Assembly (NCBI GenBank): GCA_964644695.1
Contig: CAZXWN010000018.1
Span: 1 to 38,373 of the forward strand
Origin: an uncultured bacterium
GTDB lineage: Bacteria; UBP4; UBA4092
Length of the DNA stretch: 38,373 nucleotides
Direction of reading: 5' to 3'
Numbering within the stretch: the stretch's first letter is position 1; each line of letters opens with the position of its first letter. A program made the position numbers and the translations under genes. Below the pieces are notes generated by a model that was given only the letters and a program-made list of their open reading frames with translations, was not told the origin of the DNA and made no database searches. This document shows positions 9,673 to 19,299 of this stretch, in pieces.

Positions 9673-9777
9673 GTGTCTGAAACTCAGTTTTGTACTATAC
9701 TTTGTCCACTGGGAATTATTTTCCAGAGTAACTGTTATTATGTAGGTTAAGTAGTTTATTTATGAGTGGAGGTCCGT

Positions 9778-10518
9778 ATGTCTTACCGAGTATCAATAAT
9801 GCTTTGTGCTGCAATCTGGTTAGGTTTACAAATCCCTGCGATATCAAAGGATATCCAGCCTTCTCAAAACATCAATTCCGTCAAAGGGGTTACTGTTTCG
9901 GCCCAGACAACTAAAGGGGACAAATCTGCTTTAGATTACCAATTAATATATCCGGTCATCAAAGGAGCTCCAAACCGTTCCGTTCAAAAGAAACTAAATA
10001 GCCTTTTCAAAAACGAAGCGCTTCGCTTCAACAAGAAAATGATAAAAACAGCAAAAGAAGACCAGGAATCCGCCAAAAAGGATAACTACCCCTTCCGAAA
10101 ATATCAGGCATTTACTGCGCCAGACCTGAAATACAACGATGGCAGAATCCTCAGCCTGACTCGGGATTTCTACGAATATACCGGGGGTGCGCATGGAAAC
10201 ACTCTGAGAACACCCACTAATATCGACCTGAAGACCGGTAAAACAATCAAATTAAAAAATCTGTTCAAAGCCGATACTGATTACCGAGATTTGTTATTAA
10301 AAGAAATGAAACATCAGATAAAAGGACATGAACAGGAATATTTTGCTGAGGAGATCAAACCCTTCGAGAAAGACCCCTTATTCTTTCTGGAAAAAGGTAA
10401 TATTGTGATTTATTTCAGCCAGTACGAGATTGCACCCTATGCGTCCGGGATGCCGGAATTCAGAATATCTGTTGAGAAATATAAAGAACATCTGACACCC
10501 ACCGCTCAAAAACTATAG
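9778..10518 (+). CDS. Exported DUF4163/DUF3298 (PdaC/RsiV-like) protein
   Basis: Signal-peptide-like N-terminus; YTGGAHG, DLKTGK.I.L..LF, YFSQYEIAPYASGMPEF; ATG 9778 follows GGAGG. Confidence 0.88.
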   Translation: MSYRVSIMLCAAIWLGLQIPAISKDIQPSQNINSVKGVTVSAQTTKGDKSALDYQLIYPVIKGAPNRSVQKKLNSLFKNEALRFNKKMIKTAKEDQESAKKDNYPFRKYQAFTAPDLKYNDGRILSLTRDFYEYTGGAHGNTLRTPTNIDLKTGKTIKLKNLFKADTDYRDLLLKEMKHQIKGHEQEYFAEEIKPFEKDPLFFLEKGNIVIYFSQYEIAPYASGMPEFRISVEKYKEHLTPTAQKL

Positions 10519-10538
10519 TATAACCTGCCCTCTAAAAT

Positions 10539-10581
10539 AAAAACCCCGAATCACACTCATCGGATTCGGGGTTTATTTTTT
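10539..10581. terminator. Bidirectional terminator between convergent genes
   Basis: aaaccccgaatc-N10-gattcggggttt flanked by A-rich and T-rich runs. Confidence 0.8.
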
Positions 10582-10587
10582 ATAAAA

Positions 10588-10968
10588 CTACTTCCGTATT
10601 ATATATTTATAAAGACTAACCAATATATAACCTACGACAGGGATTATCATTGCCAAAAGAGTATAGTAGATAAAACCCATAATAATTTTCCTAGACAGAT
10701 TACTTTGGGGCTGGAGATTTAATGGAGTCGTTACTTCTTCCTTATCAAACGGAAGCGACTCCAGCACCTCATTCGCCTTATCATATAAATTCTCTGGAAC
10801 AAAGACCAGGTGCTCCATCAGATGAGCTTGAGTACCGGGGCTAAAAGTAATACCGGACACATTCCCCTCCTGTAAATAGAAAGGAATCCCCGCCTCTCTG
10901 AGAGCATCCTGTAACATTGACGATTTCCAAAGCATGTCACTCCGAAACAGTAATTTGTGGTCATTCAT
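10588..10968 (-). CDS. DUF2007-like domain protein with C-terminal TM helix
   Basis: LREAGIPF...VFVPE...KANEVL pattern and a hydrophobic C-terminus; AGGGGAA ribosome-binding site. Confidence 0.7.
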   Translation of the reverse strand: MNDHKLLFRSDMLWKSSMLQDALREAGIPFYLQEGNVSGITFSPGTQAHLMEHLVFVPENLYDKANEVLESLPFDKEEVTTPLNLQPQSNLSRKIIMGFIYYTLLAMIIPVVGYILVSLYKYIIRK

Positions 10969-10983
10969 GTGAATCGTTCCCCT

Positions 10984-11322
10984 TTATATTATGTTTTGGA
11001 TCGTTTTCATATAATGACTAAAAAGTAATAAACCCACCAACAGTAGAATCATGCAAATTATCAGATAAATCAAATAAAACCATTTCATGTAGGAACGCTG
11101 CCGTTTGGGTTTTGGTTCAATCGGCATCGGAGGAATAAATTCCACAGGTGTGGATTTGACCGGTAAAGACAATAAGATAGTAACGGCCCTGGACACATCC
11201 TCTTTTGCAACATAGACATGTCCGGGTTCATAACGACAGGGAATACCCGCGATCCCTAATGTATCGCGAAACAAAAGGGCTTTATCCCCATCGCCTTGAA
11301 ATACTTCCACATTACAATCCAT
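10984..11322 (-). CDS. DUF2007-like paralog with C-terminal TM helix
   Basis: LGIAGIPC...VYVAKEDVSRAVTILLSLP; start at ATG 11322 after GGAGG. Confidence 0.65.
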   Translation of the reverse strand: MDCNVEVFQGDGDKALLFRDTLGIAGIPCRYEPGHVYVAKEDVSRAVTILLSLPVKSTPVEFIPPMPIEPKPKRQRSYMKWFYLIYLIICMILLLVGLLLFSHYMKTIQNII

Positions 11323-11463
11323 ACCCTGTCCTCCACCATAATTGTATTCAAATTTCATCCAAACTACAAATGACACAACAGATTCCGTTCAGCCCCCATG
11401 TCAATTGCCTTATAATAAAAGTTCCAAGTTTTAATTATTTCCACTATTTTAAGGAGTCCATCC

Positions 11464-12894
11464 ATGGCAACAAAGAAAGCGGACAAACAGGGTCATGCCG
11501 CTCACATGAAAAAGGCGGACAGCCAACTTGGTTTGCCCGGTAAATTCCAGAGATCCATCAAAGTAACCATGATGGGAGCGGGCAGCGCCTTTACCCCTCC
11601 TCTTATGAGTGATATTCTCCAGATACCCAACAGTGGTCCTATTACGATTGCATTGGTGGATATTGATGACCGCCGATTAAAAATCAACCTGGGACTAATC
11701 AAAACCCTTGCAAAGAATCTCGGTCGTGACGATGTGACCGTTCTGGCCTCTACGGACCGGAAAAAGGTTCTCCCCGGAACAGATTACATTATCAACTGTA
11801 TTGAAGTGTCCGGTGTGGACTGTGTCCGCTTCGATAATGATATTCCCCTCAAATATGGGATTGACCAGTGCATCGGCGACACCATTGGGCCCGGCGGCTT
11901 ATTCAAAGGGCTCAGAACTATCCCGGTTTTCCTGGAAATCCTGAAGGATGCGGAACGCCTGTGTCCCAATGCGATTGTCCTGAATTACACCAACCCCATG
12001 AATATGCTCTGTCTGGCAGCCGGAATTTCCAGTTCCATGCAGGTGGTCGGTCTTTGCCACAGTGTTCAGGGTACCAGCCATATACTCGCCCGTCGTGCCG
12101 GTGTTACTTATGAAGAAATGGATTGGGAATGTGGTGGTATCAACCACCTGGCCTGGTTCACCAAACTGGCGCATAACGGAAAAGATTTATACCCGATTCT
12201 TAAGAAGAAAGCCCAACAGGACTTGGCTGGAAAACCCTCTGACCCGAACGACACCGCAGATTTGGTTCGAAAAGATATTATGCTCCACTTCGGCTATTTT
12301 GTGACAGAGTCCTCCGGTCATTTCTCCGAATATGTCCCCTACTACCGGAAACGGAAAGACTTGATTGAAAAATACTGCCGTCCCGGATACGATGGCGGTT
12401 CCAGTTTCTACGCAGATGGTTGGCCCCAGTGGCGAAAAGCTGCCGATGAGAAACGGATGCAGATGGTCAAGGGTGAATTACCTGTTGGCTGGCCGCGGAC
12501 TTGGGAATATGCCTCATGGATTATTGAAGCCCGGGAAAAGAACTCCCCCTTCCGAATCCACGGCAATGTTATGAACCGTGTAAATGGAGCAGGTCCTTTG
12601 ATTTCTAACTTGCCGGTGGATGGATGTGTCGAAGTCCCCTGTATGATTGACCGGAACGGAATCAATCCCTGTGTGTTCGGGAAACTCCCCCCACAGGTAG
12701 CCGCTTTGTGTGATGCCAATATGCGGTTCTTTGAACTGGCTTCTCAGGCTGCCGTTGAACGCAGTAAAGAATTGGCCATCCTCGCCCTCATGCTGGACCC
12801 ATTGACCTCCGCGGTTTGTGCCCCGGCTGAAATTAAGAAGATGACCTTGGAACTCTTCAAAGCTGAAACTCCGTTCCTAAAAGGGTTCAAATAA
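11464..12894 (+). CDS. melA: GH4 NAD+-dependent alpha-galactosidase/alpha-glucosidase (MelA-like)
   Basis: MGAGS, DIPLKYG..QCIGDTIGPGG, LNYTNP, GLCHSVQG, GINHLAW, TESSGHFSEY. Confidence 0.9.
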   Translation: MATKKADKQGHAAHMKKADSQLGLPGKFQRSIKVTMMGAGSAFTPPLMSDILQIPNSGPITIALVDIDDRRLKINLGLIKTLAKNLGRDDVTVLASTDRKKVLPGTDYIINCIEVSGVDCVRFDNDIPLKYGIDQCIGDTIGPGGLFKGLRTIPVFLEILKDAERLCPNAIVLNYTNPMNMLCLAAGISSSMQVVGLCHSVQGTSHILARRAGVTYEEMDWECGGINHLAWFTKLAHNGKDLYPILKKKAQQDLAGKPSDPNDTADLVRKDIMLHFGYFVTESSGHFSEYVPYYRKRKDLIEKYCRPGYDGGSSFYADGWPQWRKAADEKRMQMVKGELPVGWPRTWEYASWIIEAREKNSPFRIHGNVMNRVNGAGPLISNLPVDGCVEVPCMIDRNGINPCVFGKLPPQVAALCDANMRFFELASQAAVERSKELAILALMLDPLTSAVCAPAEIKKMTLELFKAETPFLKGFK

Positions 12895-12916
12895 GAACAA
12901 TCATTATTGAGTCATT

Positions 12917-12955
12917 AAAAGACCCCCTTTGGACTTCGGACCGAAGGGGGTTTTT
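12917..12955. terminator. Terminator after the GH4 gene (probably bidirectional)
   Basis: aaaagacccccttt-gg...cc-gaagggggttttt with a cTTCGg loop. Confidence 0.8.
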
Positions 12956-12981
12956 ATTTATATAAATACAGAAGAGGCTTT

Positions 12982-13026
12982 CGAATCATCCACGGACTTG
13001 CTCGGAGCAGCTCCGTGGATAACTCG
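12982..13026 (-). repeat. REP-like imperfect palindrome, copy 2
   Basis: atccacgga-cttgctcggagcagc-tccgtggat hairpin; inverted near-copy of 990-1024. Confidence 0.75.
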
Positions 13027-13038
13027 TCTCATTTAGAC

Positions 13039-14106
13039 TTACAACAGGGATTTATAGAGGGTTTCCATCCGGTCCATCTGAGAAGAAAAACAAGCCTTCT
13101 CCGTAATGACTTTTCGGGAAGATTCTCCCCCCATCTCTTGTGAATCCATGGCAGTTAACAACATATTGGATAAAGCATCCACTGAATCCCCGGGATAAAT
13201 CCAACCCTGCTGCGGTTCAGTAACCCATTCCCGGTTGGAAGGGAGGTCACTGACCAGAACCGGCAATCCACAGGACATGGCCTCCAACAAGGATACGGAA
13301 GTCGCATCACTGGAGGGAATACTGACAAAGAGGTCAGATGCCTGAAGGTATTCAGGCAAATCCGAATATTTCACTTCACCGACGAATTGGACTCTATCCG
13401 ATAGATTCAACTCCATGACTCGTCTTTCTAATTGAGGCAGTTGACTTCCAGTATGGAGAATCACCAGGAGTGCATCTATTCTATTCATCCTGGCAAAGGC
13501 TTCCAAAATCAAATTCACTCGGTAGAGAGATTCTAATCGGCGGTTGGAGAGTATTACATACTTATCTTTCCATCCGAATTGTTCTTTCAGAAACTCTTTA
13601 TTGATTTTGGGTGTAAATAAATCCGTATCCACACCAAAGAATATTAATTCAGGAGATTTCACAGCAGGTTGGAGGGTTTGAATCGCTTTATTCATGTCCC
13701 GACTGTCTCCCGTCACCAAATCTGCATGACTCAATGCTCGCCGAATCAACTGACGAGACAGAACACTCTCCTCCGGCACTTTATATATATCAGACCCCCA
13801 GGCCGTCAGTACCAGAGGATGAAATCCAGACAAATCCGCCCAATATCCGTAACCACTGATAAAGTGGGCATGAAGAATATCGGGTTTCCATCGGATAATC
13901 TCTTTTTTGATGAGAGTAACACATCGAAGGTAATGCCAGAGTTTATTTCGGTCAGGTGACCCCATATTGATCGGGTCCACACCTCGGTAGGGTGTGTCAG
14001 AAGGATAATCTGTCATTAACCGACATTCATGACCCCGACGGGAAAACTCCTCAACCCATCGTCGTGTGTGAATACTTCGGGCATCTCCAATAAATAAAAT
14101 CCGCAT
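13039..14106 (-). CDS. Glycosyltransferase family 4
   Basis: SIHTRRW, PDILHAH, TAWGSD, SVSLLEAMSCGLPVLVSD. Confidence 0.92.
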   Translation of the reverse strand: MRILFIGDARSIHTRRWVEEFSRRGHECRLMTDYPSDTPYRGVDPINMGSPDRNKLWHYLRCVTLIKKEIIRWKPDILHAHFISGYGYWADLSGFHPLVLTAWGSDIYKVPEESVLSRQLIRRALSHADLVTGDSRDMNKAIQTLQPAVKSPELIFFGVDTDLFTPKINKEFLKEQFGWKDKYVILSNRRLESLYRVNLILEAFARMNRIDALLVILHTGSQLPQLERRVMELNLSDRVQFVGEVKYSDLPEYLQASDLFVSIPSSDATSVSLLEAMSCGLPVLVSDLPSNREWVTEPQQGWIYPGDSVDALSNMLLTAMDSQEMGGESSRKVITEKACFSSQMDRMETLYKSLL

Positions 14107-14451
14107 ATCTCTAACACTATACTCATTCAGGCCGGAGATTACAATCCCGAAGGATTCTTTTTAATCAATCCGCATCCTCATGTTCTTATGAATTGATTCC
14201 GAACCACTTAAAGGGAGAATACCACCTCTCAGGGGATAACAACCTTCTCTGATAAATACTATTTCTACACATTAAATATATATTTACCATATATTTCGTA
14301 TTATTATTATATATAATACCCTTGACTACCCTATTTAATCTGACATATACTTCATTTTTAAACATACATTTACCATTAATAGTATATTTATTAGGTTTTA
14401 ATGAGAGCCTTGTCTCTCATATTTTAATTAAAAGGAGTAGGGAAAACCCCT

Positions 14452-16131
14452 ATGAAGCACACATTTTTAAAAGTAGCCGTGGTGGCAGCCGTCCTCTGCC
14501 TGACCCTTCCGGGCTACGCAAAAAAGTACTCTGATGACCCTGCGGGACAGGGAACATCCACTGTGGGAACAGGTGGTGATTACGCCAGTATTCTGGAGGC
14601 ATCACTGGATTTCAACACCACAGCAGCAACAGGAAGTTGGACATTAGAAATCCTCAATGATTTAACAGAAACAGCTCCCGTATTTTTCGGAAAAACTGTG
14701 GATGCAAGTTACACCAACACCATTAAACCCGCCGCCGGAACTAATCCTATAGTTACTTTTACAACATCTTCTACAACCTTGGCTGGTAATTTAGTGTTCG
14801 GTGCTTCTTTCAACACAATTGCCGACCTTATTCCCACAAACAACTTTGTTGTTGATGGTTCTAACAACGGTACCAACAGCAGAAATCTTACATTGACTAA
14901 TACTTCTACATCTAATTCTGCCTGGGTTTATACCGTTCGTGTTTATGGTGACTGTGATAACTTCACCATTAAAAACTGCAATGTTTATAACCGAACCACC
15001 ACGGTAAATTTCTCCTCTGCTATCGGGTTCTGCTCTCGCGTAACCACAGGTGCAACGATTGCATTACATCCTGACAATGCCAAAGTTCAGAACTGCTATG
15101 TTGTTGCCTCCACCATACTGAATGGATCCAGTGCTGCAATAACTTTTGAAGTCAGCGGCACACTCCCAACGGGTTCTGTGGCTACCGGTTTAGAAATAAC
15201 CAATTGCTTTGTGCAAACTTACAATATGCCCCGAGAAATCTTTATTAACAATGCGGTTGGACAAGGTGTCATTTCTTCCAACACCGTTCGTGGTTACCTT
15301 CCTACTGGGGTAAGTGTCGGTTTATGGCCTATCAATGTTAACGGCTCAAACAATTTGGATAACTTCGTTATTTCAAACAATGTAATTGACGAGATGATTA
15401 CGGGCCGTACATCCGCTGGTGACGGCATTATTGCGATGAATCTGAACGGTAAAGCAGGTGGAAATGGCACTGTTGGTAAGTTCTATGTTTATAACAACAC
15501 CATCAGTGGATACAACCTTAACGGAACTCCAAATGCTTTAGGGGTAAAAGTAACCGGTATTCGCCATTATTCAACCAGCGAAGGGTTCTATGTATTCAAC
15601 AATTCCATTAATGTCCCCAATCTAGGCAACTGGACTGGATTAGCAAACTGTTATGCTATTGGATTTGAAAGTGGCGCATACGCTGGTCCGGCTGTTGTGA
15701 AAAACAACATCATTCGAATCAACAATAACCGGTTCGTTGCTATTGCCAAATACAATTCGACCTTAACCACTGCCATCGTGTCCGATTACAATGACATTGT
15801 CACTTTATCTGGTTCCAGTGTTGGTCGTTTTGGCTCAACCTACTATGGTGATTTAGCTTCCTGGCAGGCAATTCCTCTCGCCAACCTTGATGCTAACACA
15901 CAGACTATTAACCCCATGACATCCACCCCTGGTCATTGGATTTCAGAGACCAATCATCACTTTACGGATTCCAATGTAACAGGATTAGCCGCAGGAACAC
16001 CGATTACTACACCGTTCGCCCTGAACACTGATATTGACGGTGATCCCCGCAGCGCAACAACACCATGGCGTGGAATAGATGAAAACGGCTCATTAGTACC
16101 CGTTGAACTATCCGGGTTTGATGCCGAGTAA
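14452..16131 (+). CDS. Secreted right-handed beta-helix-like protein ending in a PVEL motif
   Basis: Signal peptide (..LPGYA); TVGTGGDYASILEA cap; repeated I.NN/VYNNTI/VKNNII strands; TDIDGDPR; ends VPVELSGFDAE*. Confidence 0.75.
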   Translation: MKHTFLKVAVVAAVLCLTLPGYAKKYSDDPAGQGTSTVGTGGDYASILEASLDFNTTAATGSWTLEILNDLTETAPVFFGKTVDASYTNTIKPAAGTNPIVTFTTSSTTLAGNLVFGASFNTIADLIPTNNFVVDGSNNGTNSRNLTLTNTSTSNSAWVYTVRVYGDCDNFTIKNCNVYNRTTTVNFSSAIGFCSRVTTGATIALHPDNAKVQNCYVVASTILNGSSAAITFEVSGTLPTGSVATGLEITNCFVQTYNMPREIFINNAVGQGVISSNTVRGYLPTGVSVGLWPINVNGSNNLDNFVISNNVIDEMITGRTSAGDGIIAMNLNGKAGGNGTVGKFYVYNNTISGYNLNGTPNALGVKVTGIRHYSTSEGFYVFNNSINVPNLGNWTGLANCYAIGFESGAYAGPAVVKNNIIRINNNRFVAIAKYNSTLTTAIVSDYNDIVTLSGSSVGRFGSTYYGDLASWQAIPLANLDANTQTINPMTSTPGHWISETNHHFTDSNVTGLAAGTPITTPFALNTDIDGDPRSATTPWRGIDENGSLVPVELSGFDAE

Positions 16132-16174
16132 TTCAAACAAGATACTCCCATAACGGTTCTCCGTTTCCCTTTCT

Positions 16175-16206
16175 GGGGAAGGTCCAAGTGACCTTCCCTT
16201 TTTTTT
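16175..16206 (+). terminator. Rho-independent terminator
   Basis: gggaaggtc-caagt-gaccttccc followed by a T8 run. Confidence 0.9.
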
Positions 16207-16279
16207 ATTTATCTTTACCCGGAGGATTCGGATTTACTATAATCAAGAGGCAAGCATCTTCCAAGGGAGATTCGTTTTT

Positions 16280-18910
16280 ATGCCTGAACAAAAGCCCCTT
16301 TTTCATATCGTCAGCCACACTCACTGGGATCGGGAATGGTATCGCGGATATCAGTCATTCCGCCTTCAGTTGGTAGATTTGGTAGACCACCTGTTAGATA
16401 TTTTGGATAGGGACCCAGACTACAAGTTTTTCACTTTAGATGGGCAGACCATCGTACTTGATGATTATCTGGAGATTAAACCCCAGAATAAAGAACGACT
16501 GAAGAAGTACATCGAATCTGGCCGTATCATGGTGGGGCCCTGGCACATACTGCCTGACGAGTTTCTGGTCTCTGGAGAAGCAACCATCCGGAACCTGATG
16601 TTCGGCAGTCAAAAAGCGGCAGCGATGGGTGGATGTATGAAGGTCGGATATCTTCCAGACCCTTTCGGTCATATTTCCCAGATGCCGCAAATTTTAACCG
16701 GATTTGGAATCAATAACTTTATCTTCACCCGCGGGATTGGATCATCTCCTAAAACTGAGTTTTGGTGGGAATCTCCGGATGGGTCACGGGTATTAGCCAT
16801 TAATCAGAGAAATGGGTATTGTAACGCCATGTCACTTCCATCAGGAGTGGATGATATCCTGAAGAAATTTGATATGCTTTATCTTGATTTAGTCCCCTTT
16901 GCCTCGACTCGTCATGTTCTGGTAAACAACGGATGTGACCATCTGGAGCCTCAGCCGGAAATCCCTGATATATTGAAGACCCTGAAATCTCGATGGCCTA
17001 AAGCAGAAGTTATTCACTCTACCTTTCCCCAATTTGTGGAGTCGATACTCAAGGATAATCCCGAACTGGCAACATTCCGGGGTGAACTTCGAGACAATAC
17101 CAGACACTTCCTGCTTTACGGGATTTTATCTTCCAGAATGTATCTGAAACAAGCCAATGAACGATGCCAGACCCTTCTGGAAAAAACAGCAGAGCCACTC
17201 AATTCAATGGCCTGGCTGGCAGGACTCCCCTACCCACAAGAGGCACTGCATAAAGCATGGGATTATTTGATTCAGAACCATCCCCATGACTCCATTTGTG
17301 GATGTTCTATTGATGAGGTCCACGACCAGATGATGACGCGGTTTGATTGGTCCCGGGAAATATCCCAGAACCTGTCACTTCGAGCTCATCAGACACTGGC
17401 ACCCCATATTGATACGACATCATTGGAAGGGGATGAGGTTGGGCTTGTGATATACAACCCAACTAATTGGGCACGGCAGGAAGTCTTCACCACAGAAGTT
17501 CTTTTCCCGGAAGGATATCGGGTCAAAGGAGTCAGGGTATTTGATTCTGAAGGAATTGAACACCTTTCACAATTACTGGAAGCAAACTCCTGTATCAATA
17601 CCGTCTTAAATCCGCAACAAGTGCCCTCTTTCCCGAAAGCAATCAAGGTAACACTGGCCTTTGAGACAGGGGTTATTCCGGCAGGAGGCTATGCCTTCTA
17701 TCGAATCAAACCTTACCAAATAGCCAAACCCATTGCGGGGGTACCAATTGCTGACGGACGAATCCTGGAGAATGAATATATTCGGCTGGCCATCAATTCC
17801 AATGGTTCTTTTGACTTATTGGATAAAAAGACAGGATACATATTTGAAAGCGCCCATATCTTTGAAGATGGGGGCGATATGGGGGATGAGTATAATTACT
17901 CACCGCCCATGACGGACCAGACATTTACGACAGTTGACAGTGACCCGGAGATGGAATTAATTGCCAATAGTCCCCTCTTTGCTACGGTAAAAGTCACACA
18001 TCAACTACAAGTCCCCACAGGGATATCTTCTGACCGGAAATCTCGGAAGAAGGAATTAACCCCCTTCCAAATCGTGTCATTTATCACTGTAAACAGGAAT
18101 TCCCCACGGGTGGATATTAAAACAGAGATAGACAATCAAGTGACAGACCACAGGCTGCGAGTATTATTTCCTGCCCTATTAGCGACGAATTACTCCTATG
18201 CTGAAAGTCAATTTGATGTCGTCCAGAGACCTATCACACCCCCCACTGTCCCCAATCAGGACTGTGAGTCCATACCTGCAACCCATCCGCAACAGTCTTA
18301 TGTCTCACTTTCAGATGATAAAGTAGGATTGACCGTTATTAATCAGGGTTTACCGGAATATGAAATCATTGATTCTCCCGGACGCGCCATTGCCCTGACC
18401 CTCCTCCGAAGTGTACAATGGCTTTCCAATGATGACCTTTTAACCCGGTGTTCGGATGCAGGCCCCCGTTATGAAACTCCTGGTGCCCAGTGTCTCGGAA
18501 AACAAACCTTCCATTACGCTGTGTATGTTCATCCAGAGAATTGGGAGAAGTCTCAAGCCTATCGTTATGCGCACCTGTTTAATGAGCCCCTGGTCAGTTA
18601 TATGGAGACAAAACATCAGGGGTCATTCCCTGCGGTGATGAGTTTTGTCCGCATTGAACCCGAAAACATCCTCCTATCGGCGCTAAAGAAATCGGACAGA
18701 GAGGATAAACTGGTAGTCCGGGTATGGAATACAGGAACGCTGATAACCCGAGGCCGGATTGTTTTCTTCCGACCCATAAAATCAGCCTGGCTCGCCAATA
18801 TGAACGAAGAACCTATCCGGGAAATAGGCCTGGATAAAAATCAGTCAGACCAGATTTCTTTCGATATTAACGCTAAACAGATTATCAGCCTGTTGATAGA
18901 GCTAAACTAG
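16280..18910 (+). CDS. GH38 alpha-mannosidase (MngB-like)
   Basis: SHTHWDREWY, LDGQT, GPW..PDEF.VSGE, YLPDPFGH, NGCDH, NHPHDSICGCSIDEVH. Confidence 0.95.
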   Translation: MPEQKPLFHIVSHTHWDREWYRGYQSFRLQLVDLVDHLLDILDRDPDYKFFTLDGQTIVLDDYLEIKPQNKERLKKYIESGRIMVGPWHILPDEFLVSGEATIRNLMFGSQKAAAMGGCMKVGYLPDPFGHISQMPQILTGFGINNFIFTRGIGSSPKTEFWWESPDGSRVLAINQRNGYCNAMSLPSGVDDILKKFDMLYLDLVPFASTRHVLVNNGCDHLEPQPEIPDILKTLKSRWPKAEVIHSTFPQFVESILKDNPELATFRGELRDNTRHFLLYGILSSRMYLKQANERCQTLLEKTAEPLNSMAWLAGLPYPQEALHKAWDYLIQNHPHDSICGCSIDEVHDQMMTRFDWSREISQNLSLRAHQTLAPHIDTTSLEGDEVGLVIYNPTNWARQEVFTTEVLFPEGYRVKGVRVFDSEGIEHLSQLLEANSCINTVLNPQQVPSFPKAIKVTLAFETGVIPAGGYAFYRIKPYQIAKPIAGVPIADGRILENEYIRLAINSNGSFDLLDKKTGYIFESAHIFEDGGDMGDEYNYSPPMTDQTFTTVDSDPEMELIANSPLFATVKVTHQLQVPTGISSDRKSRKKELTPFQIVSFITVNRNSPRVDIKTEIDNQVTDHRLRVLFPALLATNYSYAESQFDVVQRPITPPTVPNQDCESIPATHPQQSYVSLSDDKVGLTVINQGLPEYEIIDSPGRAIALTLLRSVQWLSNDDLLTRCSDAGPRYETPGAQCLGKQTFHYAVYVHPENWEKSQAYRYAHLFNEPLVSYMETKHQGSFPAVMSFVRIEPENILLSALKKSDREDKLVVRVWNTGTLITRGRIVFFRPIKSAWLANMNEEPIREIGLDKNQSDQISFDINAKQIISLLIELN

Positions 18911-18947
18911 CCAGTTTCGGAACTAATCAGTATAATTACATCAATAT

Positions 18948-18988
18948 AAGGGGCGGGGATTTGATCCCCGTCCTTTCCGTTTATTTTA
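18948..18988 (+). terminator. Probable terminator after the GH38 gene
   Basis: gggcggggat-ttg-atccccgtcc followed by a T-rich tail. Confidence 0.6.
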
Positions 18989-18999
18989 AGGATTTAATC

Positions 19000-19299
19000 A
19001 TGACTTGGCAGGACATCTTTAATATTGTCATTTTATTCCCCATCTTAGGGGGAGGCCTTTGGCTGGGACACTTGACCAACCCAAAGGCGGGATGGGTCAA
19101 ATGGGCCCGTCGGTTGGGTCTGATTGGATTATTTGGTCTAATCTTTGTACTGGGTCTAAAAATCGGGAGTTCACCCCGAGTTATGGGAAATCTCCGTTCA
19201 ATTGGAGTTAAAGGGGCTACTTTTGCTGTTTTAACCACACTTGGAAGTGCTCTTGGCGGGTATGCCATCATGCATAAAATCCCCCGGAGTCACCACTAA
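19000..19299 (+). CDS. Small membrane protein, LysO (DUF340) N-terminal-like subunit
   Basis: Three hydrophobic segments; LIFVLGLKIG; AAGGA before ATG 19000; TAATG coupling to the next gene. Confidence 0.7.
   Translation: MTWQDIFNIVILFPILGGGLWLGHLTNPKAGWVKWARRLGLIGLFGLIFVLGLKIGSSPRVMGNLRSIGVKGATFAVLTTLGSALGGYAIMHKIPRSHH

Noticed and set aside
9778-10518. Anti-sigma factor RsiV with a SigV partner
   Set aside because: No adjacent ECF sigma gene and no cytoplasmic N-terminal domain; it begins with a signal-peptide-like segment
11464-11535. KKADKQG / KKADSQLG micro-duplication at the GH4 N-terminus
   Set aside because: Too short to interpret; may only reflect an alternative start at the second Met
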